A DNA stretch of 64,000 nucleotides, taken from NCBI GenBank assembly GCA_036785375.1, contig JAWMAR010000293.1:1922001-1986000 (forward strand), read 5' to 3'. The number at the start of each line of letters is the position of its first letter. Positions within the stretch are counted from its first letter, which is position 1. Positions 1-13,900 of this stretch are shown piece after piece. The DNA comes from Leucoraja ocellata (taxonomy: Eukaryota). Made by a program: the position numbers and the translations under genes. The notes under the pieces are model-generated. The model saw only the letters and a program-made list of their open reading frames with translations. It searched no databases and had not been told where the DNA came from.

Positions 1-108
1 GGGTAGATTGATGATAAAAAAAAAGATTGAACCCATTTTAAAATAAGGCTGTAACATAACAAAATGCGGAAAAAAGTGAAGGGGTCCGAATACTTTCAGA
101 ATGCACTG
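1..108. mobile_element. Tc1/mariner element end (terminal repeat)
   Basis: Ends ...gaatactttcagaatgcactg followed by TA, a typical Tc1 terminus and target site. Confidence 0.7.
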
Positions 109-194
109 TACATCAAGTGCATTAAGGAACCAAAGTTAAAGTTAACAAGCATTAGAGGGAATCCATATCTCCAGATCAAAAGACCAGGCATGGA

Positions 195-800
195 AAGTAG
201 GGCCATGAAATGGCCATTCAGCTCTTCAAGTTTGCTCCACCATTCAACATGAACACGGTTGATTCTCTATCACAATATTATATTCCTGCACCCTCCCTGT
301 GCCCGCCGATGCCTTTTGTATCTATCTGCTGTTGATCGTCTTTTGAAAGATATTCAGTAACTTGGACTTCGCCACCTTCATGGCAGAGAATTTCTAAGGT
401 TCACTATCCTCTGAATGAAGATTCAGAGTCCTATGACCTTGGTCCTGCGACTGTGAACTCTCGTTCTGAAACATCCTTCCCTCATCAAGCTTGTCTAGCC
501 CTTTTAGAATTTTGTTTGTTTTAATTCCCATTCTTCTAAAATCTAATGAACACAGTTCACAGTGAAGTAGTTAATCCAATCTTTCCTCATATAACCATTT
601 TAGCATCCCAAGAATCAGTGTGTTGAATCTTCGCTGCACTGCCTCTATGGCCGATAGGACTCCAGTTGCGGTTTCAGCAAGGTCACCGATAATCTTCTGC
701 ACTCATAACCTTTTTCAATGATGTCCAATGTATCACTTTGCTTCATCACTGTTAATCAGTTTGATTTCAGTGATCGAGTTACTTGGTAAATCAATATTTC
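195..800 (-). mobile_element. Old, degraded CR1 LINE 3' fragment
   Basis: Diverged match to the CR1 3' region repeated through the window (ggccattcagc...cattcaa...agagaattt...tcactatcctctg). Confidence 0.6.
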
Positions 801-1356
801 TCAATATCTTGTCTTATACTTTACGTTTCTGCGTTTCCTAATTTACATTTATCCAGGTTGGATGTGAAATAACTGAAGCAGACTTCCAATGGACATAACA
901 AGGACGGAAAGTCACAGTGTTACTGATTTTTCTTCTATGCCAATATGGCTCTGTTCTTCACGCCCAATCTCCAAGACCCCAAACTTTCATCTCAGTGCTC
1001 CATTATAATTTCCCACAAACCTTTGCTTTTACATACATTCCCCATTCACAACCTTTCCCAAAACATGCCTCTTGGAGGTGGATGTGTATATAGGGGAAAT
1101 ATTGGATCCTTTGCCCTGAAGGAGCAGCAAATTGGTGGAAGGTGCACAATAGGTTAGTGAGATTAGAAAAGGTTGGGTATGTGGAAATGCAGTTTAACAC
1201 AATTAGGACTTTGGAACGGTAGCCTGAGAGATCTCAGGACACTGGTCTATTTTTCGAGTGGTGCGACTATCTGGATACCATAAGTGTAAGAACATTGTTG
1301 CTGGAAGAATAATGTGAAATTGTAATTGTAGGGTCACTCTGATATGAGGACACTTA

Positions 1357-1590
1357 TGCCCCTGTCCAACTTAGGAAACCTGAGCGGAAACCTCTGGAGA
1401 CTGTGCCCCACCCAAGGTTTCCGTGCGGTTCCCGTAGGTTGCAGGTGGTTGCCGGAGGTGGCAGGTAGTGGAAGCAGGTAGGGAGAATGACAAAAACCTT
1501 CGGGAACCTCCGGGAACCGCATGGAAACCTTGGGTGGGGCGCAAAGTCTCCAGAGGTTTCCGTTCAGGTTTCCTAAGTGGGACAGGGGCA
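1357..1590. mobile_element. PIF/Harbinger-type MITE, near-palindromic
   Basis: TTA duplication at 1354-1356 and 1591-1593; termini tgcccctgtccaacttaggaaacc / ggtttcctaagtgggacaggggca; arms pair for about 85 bp. Confidence 0.88.
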
Positions 1591-1775
1591 TTAGACTACA
1601 AGAATATTCTGAGTGTAAGGGCAGTAATCCCAGGCTATTTTGTGAATGTATGGACTGCATGATTCAGGCACTGTGATTGTGGGCAAACTGCAAGTGTGGG
1701 GACACTGTGTAACAATAGGGGAAATGTGAAGCTGTAAATAATGAAAAGTTTGTAGATTGAGAATACACTCCTTAC

Positions 1776-1946
1776 CATTGTTATACTGGACAATGTGACT
1801 GGTGCGGCATTTGGCGGCAGGAGGATGATATTCATGCGAGCGCTGACACTGGCAGTGATCCCTGACGGCTTGATTGTGCAGCGAGGAGCCGATGTCACTT
1901 CCAACTTGAGCAGCAAAGGAGCTTCCTTGGCTGATGATGTTGGGGT
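1776..1946 (-). CDS. PLTP: PLTP coding exon, 171 bp (TPTSSAKEAPLLLKLEVTSAPRCTIKPSG...LSSITM)
   Basis: caccaag|ACC...ATG|gtaagg; PRCTIKPSG motif. The acceptor position is less certain than the donor. Confidence 0.92.
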
Positions 1947-4900
1947 CTTGGTGTCAGGGATTGTGAAAAGAAGTAGACAGTTAAAAGATTCAAGCATTTT
2001 CTGCATCAAAATGTAGTTTGGTTGCATCTCATTACAATAGGCGTTGTTAAGGAATTCATTTCAAAATGAACCCTTTACAGCATTACAAATTACAAAATAG
2101 ATTATTTAAAGGTCATGAAACATAGAAAATAGGTACAGGAGTAGGCTATTCGGCCCTTCGAGCCTGCACCGCCATTCAATAAGATCATGGCTGATCATCC
2201 AACTCAGTATCCCGTACCTACCTTCTCTCCATACCCCCTGATCCCTCTAGCCACAAGGGCCACATCTAACTCCCTCTTAAATATAGCCAATGAATAACTA
2301 TGGTGTTTCGCTTTGTTATTAAACTATGTATTCTGACAAGGGGGATAGGTAATCTATTGCATTTAATGTAACCATATGGAGGATTATTTGTACCAGTCCC
2401 ATTACTGGACAAACAGATATTTCCTCCTAAAACACATTTTGCCAGACTGAGCCAGGATAGTCAGATTTTGGCACAAATTCTCTCTGGCAACTATTTCTCT
2501 CTCTGTTCTCAGCAAATGTCATGAGCCACACTGTTCACAATCTAGATATATTCGAGTCCAAAACAAAAATATGACACCGTGTTCACAAGATCAACAAGAT
2601 TGTCTACTTTCACTTCCATAACACTGCCCTTCTCCACTCCTGGCTCATCCTATTTGCTCGTGAAACCCTCAACCAGGCATCTTTTACTCATGGACTAGTC
2701 ACTTCCAAAAAAACGGGCCAAATATTGAAGAGCTAGAAAACAGACAACAGTCCCCACAAAGACTTCCGTGCACAGCCTCCTAACCTCGTTAATGTGTTTG
2801 GTGCTCCATTTGTGAACTGCTCTATGTCGGCAAGACTAAGAGCAGATTAGGTGACTGATTTGCAGAGCCCTTGTGCTCTGTTCGCAACGACTACCCCAAG
2901 CTCCCGGTTGTAAGCTTTTCAATTCCCCTCCCCATTCCCACGCTGTCTTGGCCATCTCACTGCCAGGCCGAGGCCAAACACAAACTACAGGAACAATAGC
3001 TCGGATTCTGCCTGGGTAGTCTGCAACTAAATGATATAAACAAGAGATTTTTCAATTTACCTCCCGAGTTCCCTCTTTCTCTCCTGATCCTCCCATTTGT
3101 GTTCCCTTTCCTATTTAGCTCCCTGTACAATTTCCCTCCTCCTCCTTCTTCCATCCATCTATTACCCACACATTTCACCCACTGAATCTCCTCCACCAAC
3201 TGGCTACATGTGCTCATCACCTTTCCGTTAAAGGATTCGCATTATCACCTTCCTTACTATTTAGATTACAGCACGTGTACCATTGGTGTCTTCATTGTCA
3301 CCCTCCAGCCTGTCCCCACCCTCCCCCAATCAGACTCCAACTGCCCCTTTTGTTTCTTGTTTGTTTCCACCTATCACCCACCTGCCTTGGGCACAATGAC
3401 AGCTTCAAGTTTCCCAGTCAACTACATTTACACCTTGAATGTTCAAACCCTCTACATCTCCATCCGACTCCCAAACTGTCTGTGAATACTTTGCTTCTTC
3501 TGCCAACAAAAGCTCAACCCACTCATCTCCTCTCTCCTTCACTGGGCAGAACCTGTCTTTAAATTCCATTCACTTCCTCCAAATCATCAGAGCCATCATG
3601 AAGAGAAAGAGGGAGAGAGAAAAGAGATGGGGAGGAGAGAATAAACAAATTGGAAATGTTGCAACAGAGAGGGGAAGGAGAAAGACAGATGTAAAGATAA
3701 TCAGAAATTAGATAGCAAGGTGGGGAAAGAAAATGAGAGAACAACAGAAAATTAGTAGAAAAGGAAGGGAGTAATAATAACATATGCCATCATATTCATA
3801 CTTACCATCAAGATGATTAATCCAAAGAATGTAGTCCTCAGTAAATAAGCAAGATCCATGGGCATCTGGTACAAATTGTCAACAGGGATTCATTAGTAGC
3901 CAACAATTTATTTCACATGAAAAATGTCTGTAATGACCATGAACCCACCTTGCTCTCAGGAATATCAGCCTTTAGTGTTCCAGCTTTATAATAAGAGTAC
4001 ATGGCAGAGTCAAAGAAGTACTCGGATAAACAGATGTACACCATGCGATCCTTGCTCTTCAAATCAGGCATACTTACAGTGTTTGGCAGTGTGTCATTTT
4101 CATTATGAAGAGGGTAGAACATTCCCTGAAAAAAATAGCCGGAACCTCTCAGTAACACTGGAGTATATGTACTCCAGGCCCACCCCATGTGGTTGACTCT
4201 TAAAACCATTTGAAGTAGCCCGTTAAGACACTGAGCTGTACCATTAACACTGCAGCTGCTATTTGGAACACCAAGCTAAAGTGATGGCGAGTCCATCAAC
4301 AATAATGTTGTGGTGCTGAAGAAGCTCTGAATACATTGTGGAACAATCAATACGTATATTCGTACATCAAACTCGCACAAAATGGTAAATCGTTCCCTAA
4401 ACTCTTCCAGTTCACTGTCGAATAAATCACATTTTATCTCTGTTCTGATTCCTATGGATATTAAAGGAGGAAACCTTTGCATTCTCACAGAGGCAGTGAA
4501 GTGATTATACAGGCATGAGTGAAATTAAAGAAAAACAAATGTGCTTATGTAAAGTGGTTTATCTTGGCTCTAAGTGGAAGCATTTCATCAACAAAAAGAA
4601 CTCCATTATAGAGAGTATTGGAACTGTTTCTCTCATGGGAATGGTGCAATCTTGTGCATCTTTTCAAGTGGATTTGTCAATGGTATTTTTTTGCTGCTTC
4701 AACATTTATTATCTGAAGTAAAGGGCAATTGAGTGGTTTTGATTTGGAAGATAAAATTAGGCAGTGAAGCTAATTTATAATGACACCAGCCAGGAATTAA
4801 GGTTTAGTGGGTGATGCTACAAGCTATTGCCATGGGGCAGTTATCCGACTTGCAAAGGATGATGACCATGGAAATGCATAACCCATTGGATTTTTCTCCC

Positions 4901-7900
4901 ATTCATTAAGAGCATGGCATACATTTAACCTCGCTGCCCCTTTTCTGCCTTTGGATTCCTTTAAAATTAAAAAAAATCTCTGATTTTCATGTAGAATGTA
5001 TGAATGTAATCAGGGACTGAGCTTCCACGCCCCTCTTCAGTAGAGAATTGTAGTTTCACCTCCCAAGGAGGGGTAGAAATCTCTTCCCATCTCTGTCCTG
5101 AGAGACTAATTCCTTACTTTAAGATTGTGACTGCTTGTTCCAGACACACCTTTACTATCTTTGCTTTCCCTCCCTCCCGAGCAGCAGAACACACCTAGGT
5201 CACCCTCCGTCTCAACAATGTTTCAAGCTGGTCATGAACAAACACCCAATCTCAGTGCAGGGCCAGATGGGGAAATTGCAAGGTTAAAAGAGGTACCCTC
5301 ATCCCAATCTTCAATGCAGTCCTGGCCCTGCCTTTCCCCAAAGGCGAGTCGCTCGGGAAAGGTCTGATAATCACAGTGAAGACATGTACTGGGCAGCAGG
5401 GAGAAAACTGTCATTATTTCTCACAGAGTCTGCACCTGCTTATGGTCCTTACCTTGAAGTCCATGTCCATCCACTCAGATTTAACATCGGGGTCACTGAG
5501 GAGGGAATAATCGATCCCTACGTCTTGATCCACTGCTGTTCGCACTTTGTGAGGAAGGCACAGACATCCACAGAGGCGCACCAATTAGTCAATATAGTGA
5601 TCATTGAAAAACATAATCAATTGTTGAACTGCAAAAGACTTTCAATCCTATAGCCTAGATCAACATCACTCAGACTTTAGAAAATCATAAACTCGCCATC
5701 AGTGTTATTACAGTGGTGTAGCTAGTAGATCTGTCATACAGCTCCAGCGACTCTAATTCAACCCTGACCTCCAGTGCTGCCCATGTGAAGTTTGCGCATA
5801 ATCCCTGTGACCATGTGGTTCTCCTCTGAGTGCTCCGGTTTCCTGTCCAAATGTCTTTTAAATATTGTTATAGTACCAGCTTCAACTACCCCGTCTGGCA
5901 GCTCATTCCATATACCCTCTGTGTGAAAGATTTGCTCAACAGGTTCCTATTAAATATTTCTCTCTTACATCTTAAACCTATGTCCTCTGGTTCTTGATTC
6001 CCTAGCTCCGGGTAAATGACTCTGTGTATCTACTCTATCTATTCCTCTCAAGATCTCGTACACCTCGACAAAATCACCCTTCATCCTGCTGCCCTCCAAG
6101 GAATAAAGTCCCAGCCCCCACCTCTCCCTATAGCTGAGGCCCTAAAATCTTGGCAACATCCTCGTAAATGTTCTTTGCACTCTTTCTAGTTGAACAGAAT
6201 CTTTCCTATAGCAGGGTGACCAAAACTGAACACAAGACTGCAAATGTGGCCTCACCAATATCTTGTACAACCGTAACATAACATCCCACCTACTATACTC
6301 CATACCCTGCCTGATGAAGGCGAATGTGCCAAAAGGCTTTTTGACCACTCTATCTACCTGTGAAGCCACTTGCCATGTAGTATGTAGCTACACTCATAAT
6401 TTCCGCTGTTCTACAACACTCCTCAGAGCCTGCCATTCACTGTGTTTGTATAGCCTCCGAGAATGTTGGATGAATTTTTTGCACGGTCCATGTATTGTAT
6501 ATATTTATTACTTGGATAAAATCTATTTTGAAATTTGCAAAAGAAAAAGGTCCTGTGCTGGTTTGACTTCCCAAAATGCAACACCTCACACTTATCTGCG
6601 TTAAACTCCATTAACCATTCCTCACCGTCTCCTTGCCCAACTGATCATGATCTCTTTTTTTGGAAACCTGCATCTGCAGTTCCCTGTGTCTCCAGATTAG
6701 AGTTAGAATCGGGAACGAGAGATTTGCAGATACTGTGCATCTAGACTGACTGGTCTAAAAAGCCGACAGCTGGCAGTGAAGCAGTCTGCAACCTGAAATC
6801 TTGTGGAAGCTTGCTGTGCAAACATAGGCTGACGCTTTCCCTCCTCTTACTTAAGTGAACAATATAATTTGTCAAAAATAGCGGAGGTTAATCTGGAGGT
6901 ATGATTCAAATTTTAGTTTAGTTTCGAGATACAGCTCGGAAACAGGCCCTTCGGACCACCGAGTCCACACCGACCAGCGATCCCCACACACTAACACTAT
7001 CCTAGGGCCAATTTTACATTTATACCAATTAACCTACAAACCTGTATGTCTTTGGAGAGTGGGAGGAAACCGAAGATCTCGGAGAAAGCCCACGCAGGTC
7101 ACGTGGAGTACGTACAAACTCCATGCACCTGTAGTCAGAATCGAGCTCAGATCTCTGCCGTTGTAAGGCAGTAGCACTACTGCTACGCATTTGTGCTGCC
7201 CTGCTGTGCCACAGTGCCGCCCTGCTGTGCCACAGTGCCACCCTGCTGTGCCACAGTGCCGCCCTGCTGTGCCACAGTGCCGCCCTGCTGTGCCACAGTG
7301 CCGCCCTGCTGTGCCACAGTGCCGCCCTGCTGTGCCACAGTGCCGCCCTGCTGTGCCACAGTGCCGCCCTGCTGTGCCACAGTGCCGCCCTGCTGTGCCA
7401 CAGTGCCGCTGTGGGATGCCATTTGTCATTGAGAGCAGTAAATCCACTGTTGGATTTCTGGAATGAAGAGATTCACCTAGCTCTGATCAGTGGTTGAGCA
7501 CTAAGATGGGGGGGGGATGTATTAGAGTCATAGAGAGGGTGGTATCAATATCTATGAGTGGTGGGTTGGAATACCTTGTCTCAGGGAATTAGGACAGACA
7601 CCCATTGACTGTGCTTTTCCCATTTCCTTTAGCTTCCTTGGCCAATTCCCTGCAATTGTCATGCACAGCAATTAATATCAATTTCCAGTGACAAACAGTA
7701 CCCTTTCTTTAAGTGGAGGGGACAAACTTTCATAGTTAACATGACTTGTTTCAAGATCTTTCCCAACTGATCGAAACAGAAACATGAAACAGAAGCATCA
7801 TAGCTTGGCCAGATGTCTCCCATTGGAACTCTGGGACAGGTGGTTGTATCCAGGAAAGCATACCTCAAGAATGCTAAGCATTTTATCCTAGAAACATGGC

Positions 7901-10900
7901 ACTCTCCTTGTAAATGCAGCTCCAAGCCCTACAATCAGGAGCCACACGTTTAACAAGGCACTTTGCATTCACTGTAAGTATCCTGTATCGGAATACCCCA
8001 CCACCCCCAACTTTCACCAAATTCCCCCAATGCGTTTAATGGTTGACGGTTTTCAATTCAAGGGTCAGCCCAGATGAGGTGGTGAGAATACTAAAAACCT
8101 CCACACAAAAAATGACACCTGCCCTTATCCTGCTCAGCCCCCACTCTTAGCGAAGGGTGGAAACACAACAGCAGTGCACAGTATGAAACAGTTCACTGCA
8201 TGGACATGTACTCACCTGGTACGGTCGCCAGCAGCGAGTTCAGCAGCACCAGCCCTGAGTGCTGTAAGGCTGGGCAAATCTACAAAAGTAGAGAAAGGGA
8301 ATAATTGAGACAGAAAAGACAATGTTGCTCCTCAATTATTTTCAAAAGTTCAAGCTAACCACAGGAATCCAATGTCCATAGTGCAATATCTCAGTTTTTA
8401 AGAAGGAACTGCAGATGCTGGAAAATCGAAGGTACACAAAAATGCTGTAGAAACTCAGCGGGTGCAGCGGCATCTATGGAGCAAAGGAAATGGGCAACGT
8501 TTCGGCCCGAAACGTTGCCTATTTCCTTCGCTCCATAGATGCTGCTGCACCCGCTGAGTTTCTCCAGCATTTTTGTGTACGTGCAATATCTCAGAATGCT
8601 TTCAATCGATGTATGCTGAGAACGCCCATTGGGGTTAGAATATTAGAATATACACCACATGTTTCGGTGCCTGCTGATCCCTCTGGTGATGTTGACTGTG
8701 TTGTCTTTTATTCAATTACGTTTAAGTAATTTCACCCGTATATCATCATTTGTGTTACCCATAGAGATCCCTATTTAACTGCTGATGTTTGGCTTGGATT
8801 TTTTTCCCCATGCAGAGCTTGTTGTTCAGGACTTTCTCATGCTGAACCTTATACTCTTAGTCATGGAGTCATAGAGTGATACAGTGTGGAAAAAGGCCAT
8901 TCGGCCCAACTTGACCACACCGGCCAAAATATTCTAGCTACACTGGTCCCACCTGCCAGCATTTCATCCATATCCCTACAAACCTGTCCTATCCATGTGC
9001 CTGTCTAACTGTTTCTTAAATGTTGGGATAGTCCTTGCCTCTGTTACCTCCTCTGGCAGCTTGTTCCATACACCCACCACCCTTTGTGTGAAACAGTTAC
9101 CCCTCAGATTAAATATTTCCCCATCACCTTAAACCTATGTCCTCTGGTCCTCGATTCACCTACTCTGGGCAAGAGACTCTCTGCATTCGTATTTATCAGA
9201 GTTCTAGTAAAAGCCTTCTTGAGTTTAACTTACTTCCGGCTCCTATGTGTTCCCTGTGCTTGGGTCTACTCATCTCTCAGCATTGTTACACCAGGATAAA
9301 TCCACACACTTGACAATCTATATTCAAAGAATAACCAAACCCTAATACTGACATTGTGTGCCATGTGTGATTATCTTAGATCATGAGGTCACGTCTTCAA
9401 GGAACAGCCTGGTTCCCTCAATACAACCAGCTCAGCATTACAACAAGAAGCTACATGTATTACCAGCATTCTCACTACGATTAGAGGGCATGCTTTGTGC
9501 TGGGATAGAATATTTGCAGGTGAACATTGTTCACAGCTCACGCATACCTTTTCTTTTCCAGGAGGTGAACTCTGAGCCATAGTTAACAGCCCAGAGCAGC
9601 TACAGCAGTCACTTGCATTAATGTAGAAGATGGTGCCACGATCAAATAGTCAGTCCACACAGAATACCTGGTCACAAATTGGTACCCGGAGAAAAATATT
9701 TAATTAGAAGGGCACATTTGTTGAGGGGAGACACTAGGTCATGGTTGACTGGAAGAGTATGGAGTGGAGTGGAGTGGAGTGGAGATCAGCTCCACTTACA
9801 TTGAGTCAAGTCAGTGGTGTCCCGGATGGAAATGAGTGCCTCGAGGGGAAATATTAGGACAAGGTTCTTGGCTTTGTACTCTTCCATGCCCTGAGTCAAG
9901 ACCAACCATCAGTTTAGTGGGGACGCAGGGGATTCCAAGTACGTATTCCTGCAAAATTGCTGTAGAACCAGGAAGTTTTCACCTCCATATGGAATGATTT
10001 GCGATGGAAATAACACGGAATCTTGATGCCTGATGGAGCAGTTAACTACCCAACTGCAGCCCACTCTCAATGCTCTGAACACTGAAGAAATTCAATAGAA
10101 AATGGCACAGATGAACATTACCCCATCCACCACCCTCAACATTTGTTCTGTCCACCACTAGTGCACCTTGGCTGTTGTATGTACCACCTACAAAATGCAA
10201 TTATGCACCAATGCTATTCCAATAGCACCTCCCAAATCCATGATGTCCACCATCAAGAGAGACATTGAGCCCAGGGGAACACTATCAAATAGAGGCTTTG
10301 CTTCAAGTGATAGACCATACTGATCAGGACATAAATTATTCATTTGTAGTGGCACCTGCTGGTGCCTTGGGGTAGTCGAACCCTCGGATTGGCTACCCCA
10401 GTCACGTGGGTGCGGGGTGGAGGTTTTGCGCACTTTTGATCGAGCCCATTCATTCGGAGCACCACCCTTGTGGCAACAACATCGTTAATTTAGCCGTCTC
10501 ACAGACTCGCGTTGTTCTTTATTTAACCGTTTGCAATAAATCTCGTTAAATCAACTCGCGGTCTCGACTCCACTAAACATTCATCCTTATTTGGTCTAAA
10601 CCCTAGCAACTGTTCTGTGGGATACTTTCATTAGGAGGACTGCAGTGTTCAAAAAGACAGCTCACCACCAGTCACTTAAGAATGGATAATGTATTTACTT
10701 CCTGAAAAATGAATAAAAACCGTTGCACATGTATATAGAATGCGAATTACCTGCTGGTTTATTAGGAAGCGCAAGCCGGTTGTGAGAATTGTTGCGAATA
10801 TTTCATAAAAGCCCCTGTAAAAAAAGTAGCATAAACTTAGGAAATCACCTAGAACATTAGAGAGAAGCTAATGGTTTGCGGAGAACCACCATGCATATGT

Positions 10901-13900
10901 AATCAATATTTGGCATCAACCAGCAAGAAGATTGTATTTGGAATTAAAACCAGACCTAAGGCTGAGCCCAAGCATCCACTCATCCTGCAGTGATAGCAGC
11001 CCTAAGGTGCAGAGATACAAGGATTTCTTCACATAGTCATAGAGACATACAACATGGAAATAGGCCCTTCAGTCTAACGTACCCCATACATTTCCTGTTG
11101 GATTCCTTGGGGACTTATAGTGACGTTTCTGTTCATCGCCAGATTGGATTGAATGGCACTGTTTTCTTGTGAGCAAATTGCAACTGAATTTTATCAATGG
11201 AAGTGGTAAATTGTGAAAATGCTGTGAAATTGCATAGCTTGTAGAATGTGGCCAGGCACTTTGGCCATGGTGAACACATGTATAACATTTCACAAGTAGA
11301 GTAACTGTCCCCTTTCCCCAGAGTAATGTTTGTTTGGGACTTCTACAGTTAACATTTGGGCATAATTTTCTGCTTTAGATACGCAATTGGGAGATGCTGT
11401 CAGCAAAATTGGGAAAGTTATCTTTCCATGGGTATGAAGTTTGGGTGATTTCCCTAATGCAGCAAAGTGAGAAATGGCATATAGATTAGTAACAGCAGCC
11501 AATGTAGTGAGTGTCGTGGATGTTTCCATTTGACATTTTATTACATCTGTGTAATGAGACTGTTGTTCCCATAATTAAACCTATTCTTAAGCACACCATG
11601 TCTCATAATAAAATAAATCTTTACCGAAAGTTCCCATTAAACTTTGCTTTCATTCCGGCAATGGAGGCTTTGCAGGACACCTTGTTTATCATCATCTGCC
11701 CAAATTCACCCTTGGACAGATGTAGTACAGTCCAGATGTTGACTCCTTCAGCAGAGGCATTAATCTGGCCATAGTCCTTCCTGAAAAAAAAATGTTTCAG
11801 TAGTGGCGGATCAAACTCCAATCATGCACTGTATCCAATCATGCCCCCCTGGTTATAGCCCTTCACCAACGCAGTACCTGAATACCTTGCCCCTACCCAA
11901 TCCGGTTGGCCATTATCAGACCCTTGACCAACTTCCTGGTCACCACTCGATCCTTGACCAGTATTAACTCTTATCCTACATTGACACCAACAGCTCACTG
12001 ACACATTACTCATAAGGTCATAGTTAGGCGCAGAATTAGGCCATTCAGTCCATCATCTATTCCGTCATTCAATCATGGCTGATCTATCTCTCCATCCTAA
12101 CCCCATTCTCCTGCCTTCTCCCCATTACCCCTGATATCCATACTAATCAAGAATCTATATATCTCTGCCTTAAAAATATCCATTGACGCAGCTTCCACAG
12201 CCCTATGTGGCAAATAATTTCACAGATTCACCTTCCTAAAGGAATGTCCTTTAATTCTGAAGCTATTACTTCTAGTCCTAGACTCTCTCACTAGTGGAAA
12301 CATCCTCTCCACATTCACTCTACCCAAGCCTTTTACTATTTGTATTTTTCAATGAGGTCCCCCTCATTCTTCTGAACTAGTGAGTGCAGGTCCAGTGCCG
12401 ACAAACGCTCATCATAGGTTAACCCACTCATTCCTGTGATCATTCTTGTAAACTTTCTCTGGATCAGCTCCAGAGCCAGCACATCCTTCCTCAGATATGG
12501 TGCCCAAAATTGCTCACAATATTCCAAATGCGGCATTACCTGTGCCTTATGGACCCTCAACATTACATCCCTGTTTTTGTACTCTAGCCCTCTTGATATA
12601 GATGCTAGCATTGCGTTTGCCTTCTTTACTACTGATTCAACTTTCAGATTAACTTTTTGGGAATCCTGCACCAGCACTCCCAAGTCCCTTTGTACCTCCG
12701 ATTTCTGGATTCTCTCCCCATTTAGAAAATAGTCTACTTTTTTATTGCTATCCATCATTATCCAAATTCTCAATATCCCCAACCCTTAAAAAAGTCTGAA
12801 TCTAGTAGCCTTGGTGATGCCTCTAATCATATCCTACACTACAATCCCATGTTACCTCATTCTATTCCCAGTATATCGGTTGTTGAAAGATTACTTGCCT
12901 CCTCGCCCACCTACTCATCCACGTGACCACGGATAATACCATAACCAGTCCCCCATTACTTGACTTTGGTCACACCGCTAATCCCCGCCACCCTATTCTC
13001 AAACACTGATCACACCGCTTCCCATGGTTACCACATCCACGGCACCACAGGTCACACCCCCCCCCCCCCCCTTCCCCCAATCCCCACCATCATCTGCAGC
13101 CCCAGTGACAACATCTACCTCACTGATCACAGATACAACTAAATGAGCTCCATTAGCAATCCAGATTTCAATCCTCAATATTATTCATTAGAAAGTGTGA
13201 AATCAAACCGTCTGCACATAATACAATTTCACCCGCAAGAACATGACATTGCCAAGATGAGAGGCAGTTTCAAGGATAAACATGTGAACTGCCAGCAGTG
13301 CCAGCACTGACTAACTGTTGGTCTACCACTAACTGTTGGTCAACTACCAACTGTTCATCAGAACTGTGTTCGCTTCTTATTCAGGAGTATTTGTGGGTGT
13401 TGAATGGGAGTCCTATCCACTGAAGGAGAGCAATTTATGATGCCTGCACTTTGAGAAGACTTTGCAATGTAAGATATTTGACAAGGTTTCAGATGGGAGG
13501 CTGGACCAGAACATTAAGGCATGTGGGTTCCGAGGCAAACTGGAAAATTGAATCCAAAATTGGCTTGGTGAAAGGAGGTGGAGAGTAGAGTGCTGGGATC
13601 AGTGGTGGGATCAGTGCTGGGATCAGTGGTGGGATCAGTGCTGGGATCAGTGGTGGGATCAGTGGTGGGATCAAATCAGAATTTAATCCCAACAAGTGTG
13701 AGATGATGCATTTGTGTAAGTCAAATATGGGTAGGACATATACAATAAATAGCAGGATGTCACAGAATGTTGATGAACAGTGAGACTTAGAGATCCAAAT
13801 CTAAGTTTCCCTGAAAGTGGTAACACAGTGTAGTGAAGATGGTATATGGCAGACTAAAGAAGGGTCCTGACCCCTTAACATCACCTATCCATGTTCTCCA

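Noticed and set aside
800-1350. Search for the next PLTP exon (expected about 68 bp, like DARLSAKMALRGKAL)
   Set aside because: No segment with matching translation and GT-AG ends; it probably lies left of the window.
7034-7466. Repetitive ORFs (RHCGTAG, PAVPQCR, CCATVPP)
   Set aside because: Translations of the 21-bp tandem repeat, open in several frames.
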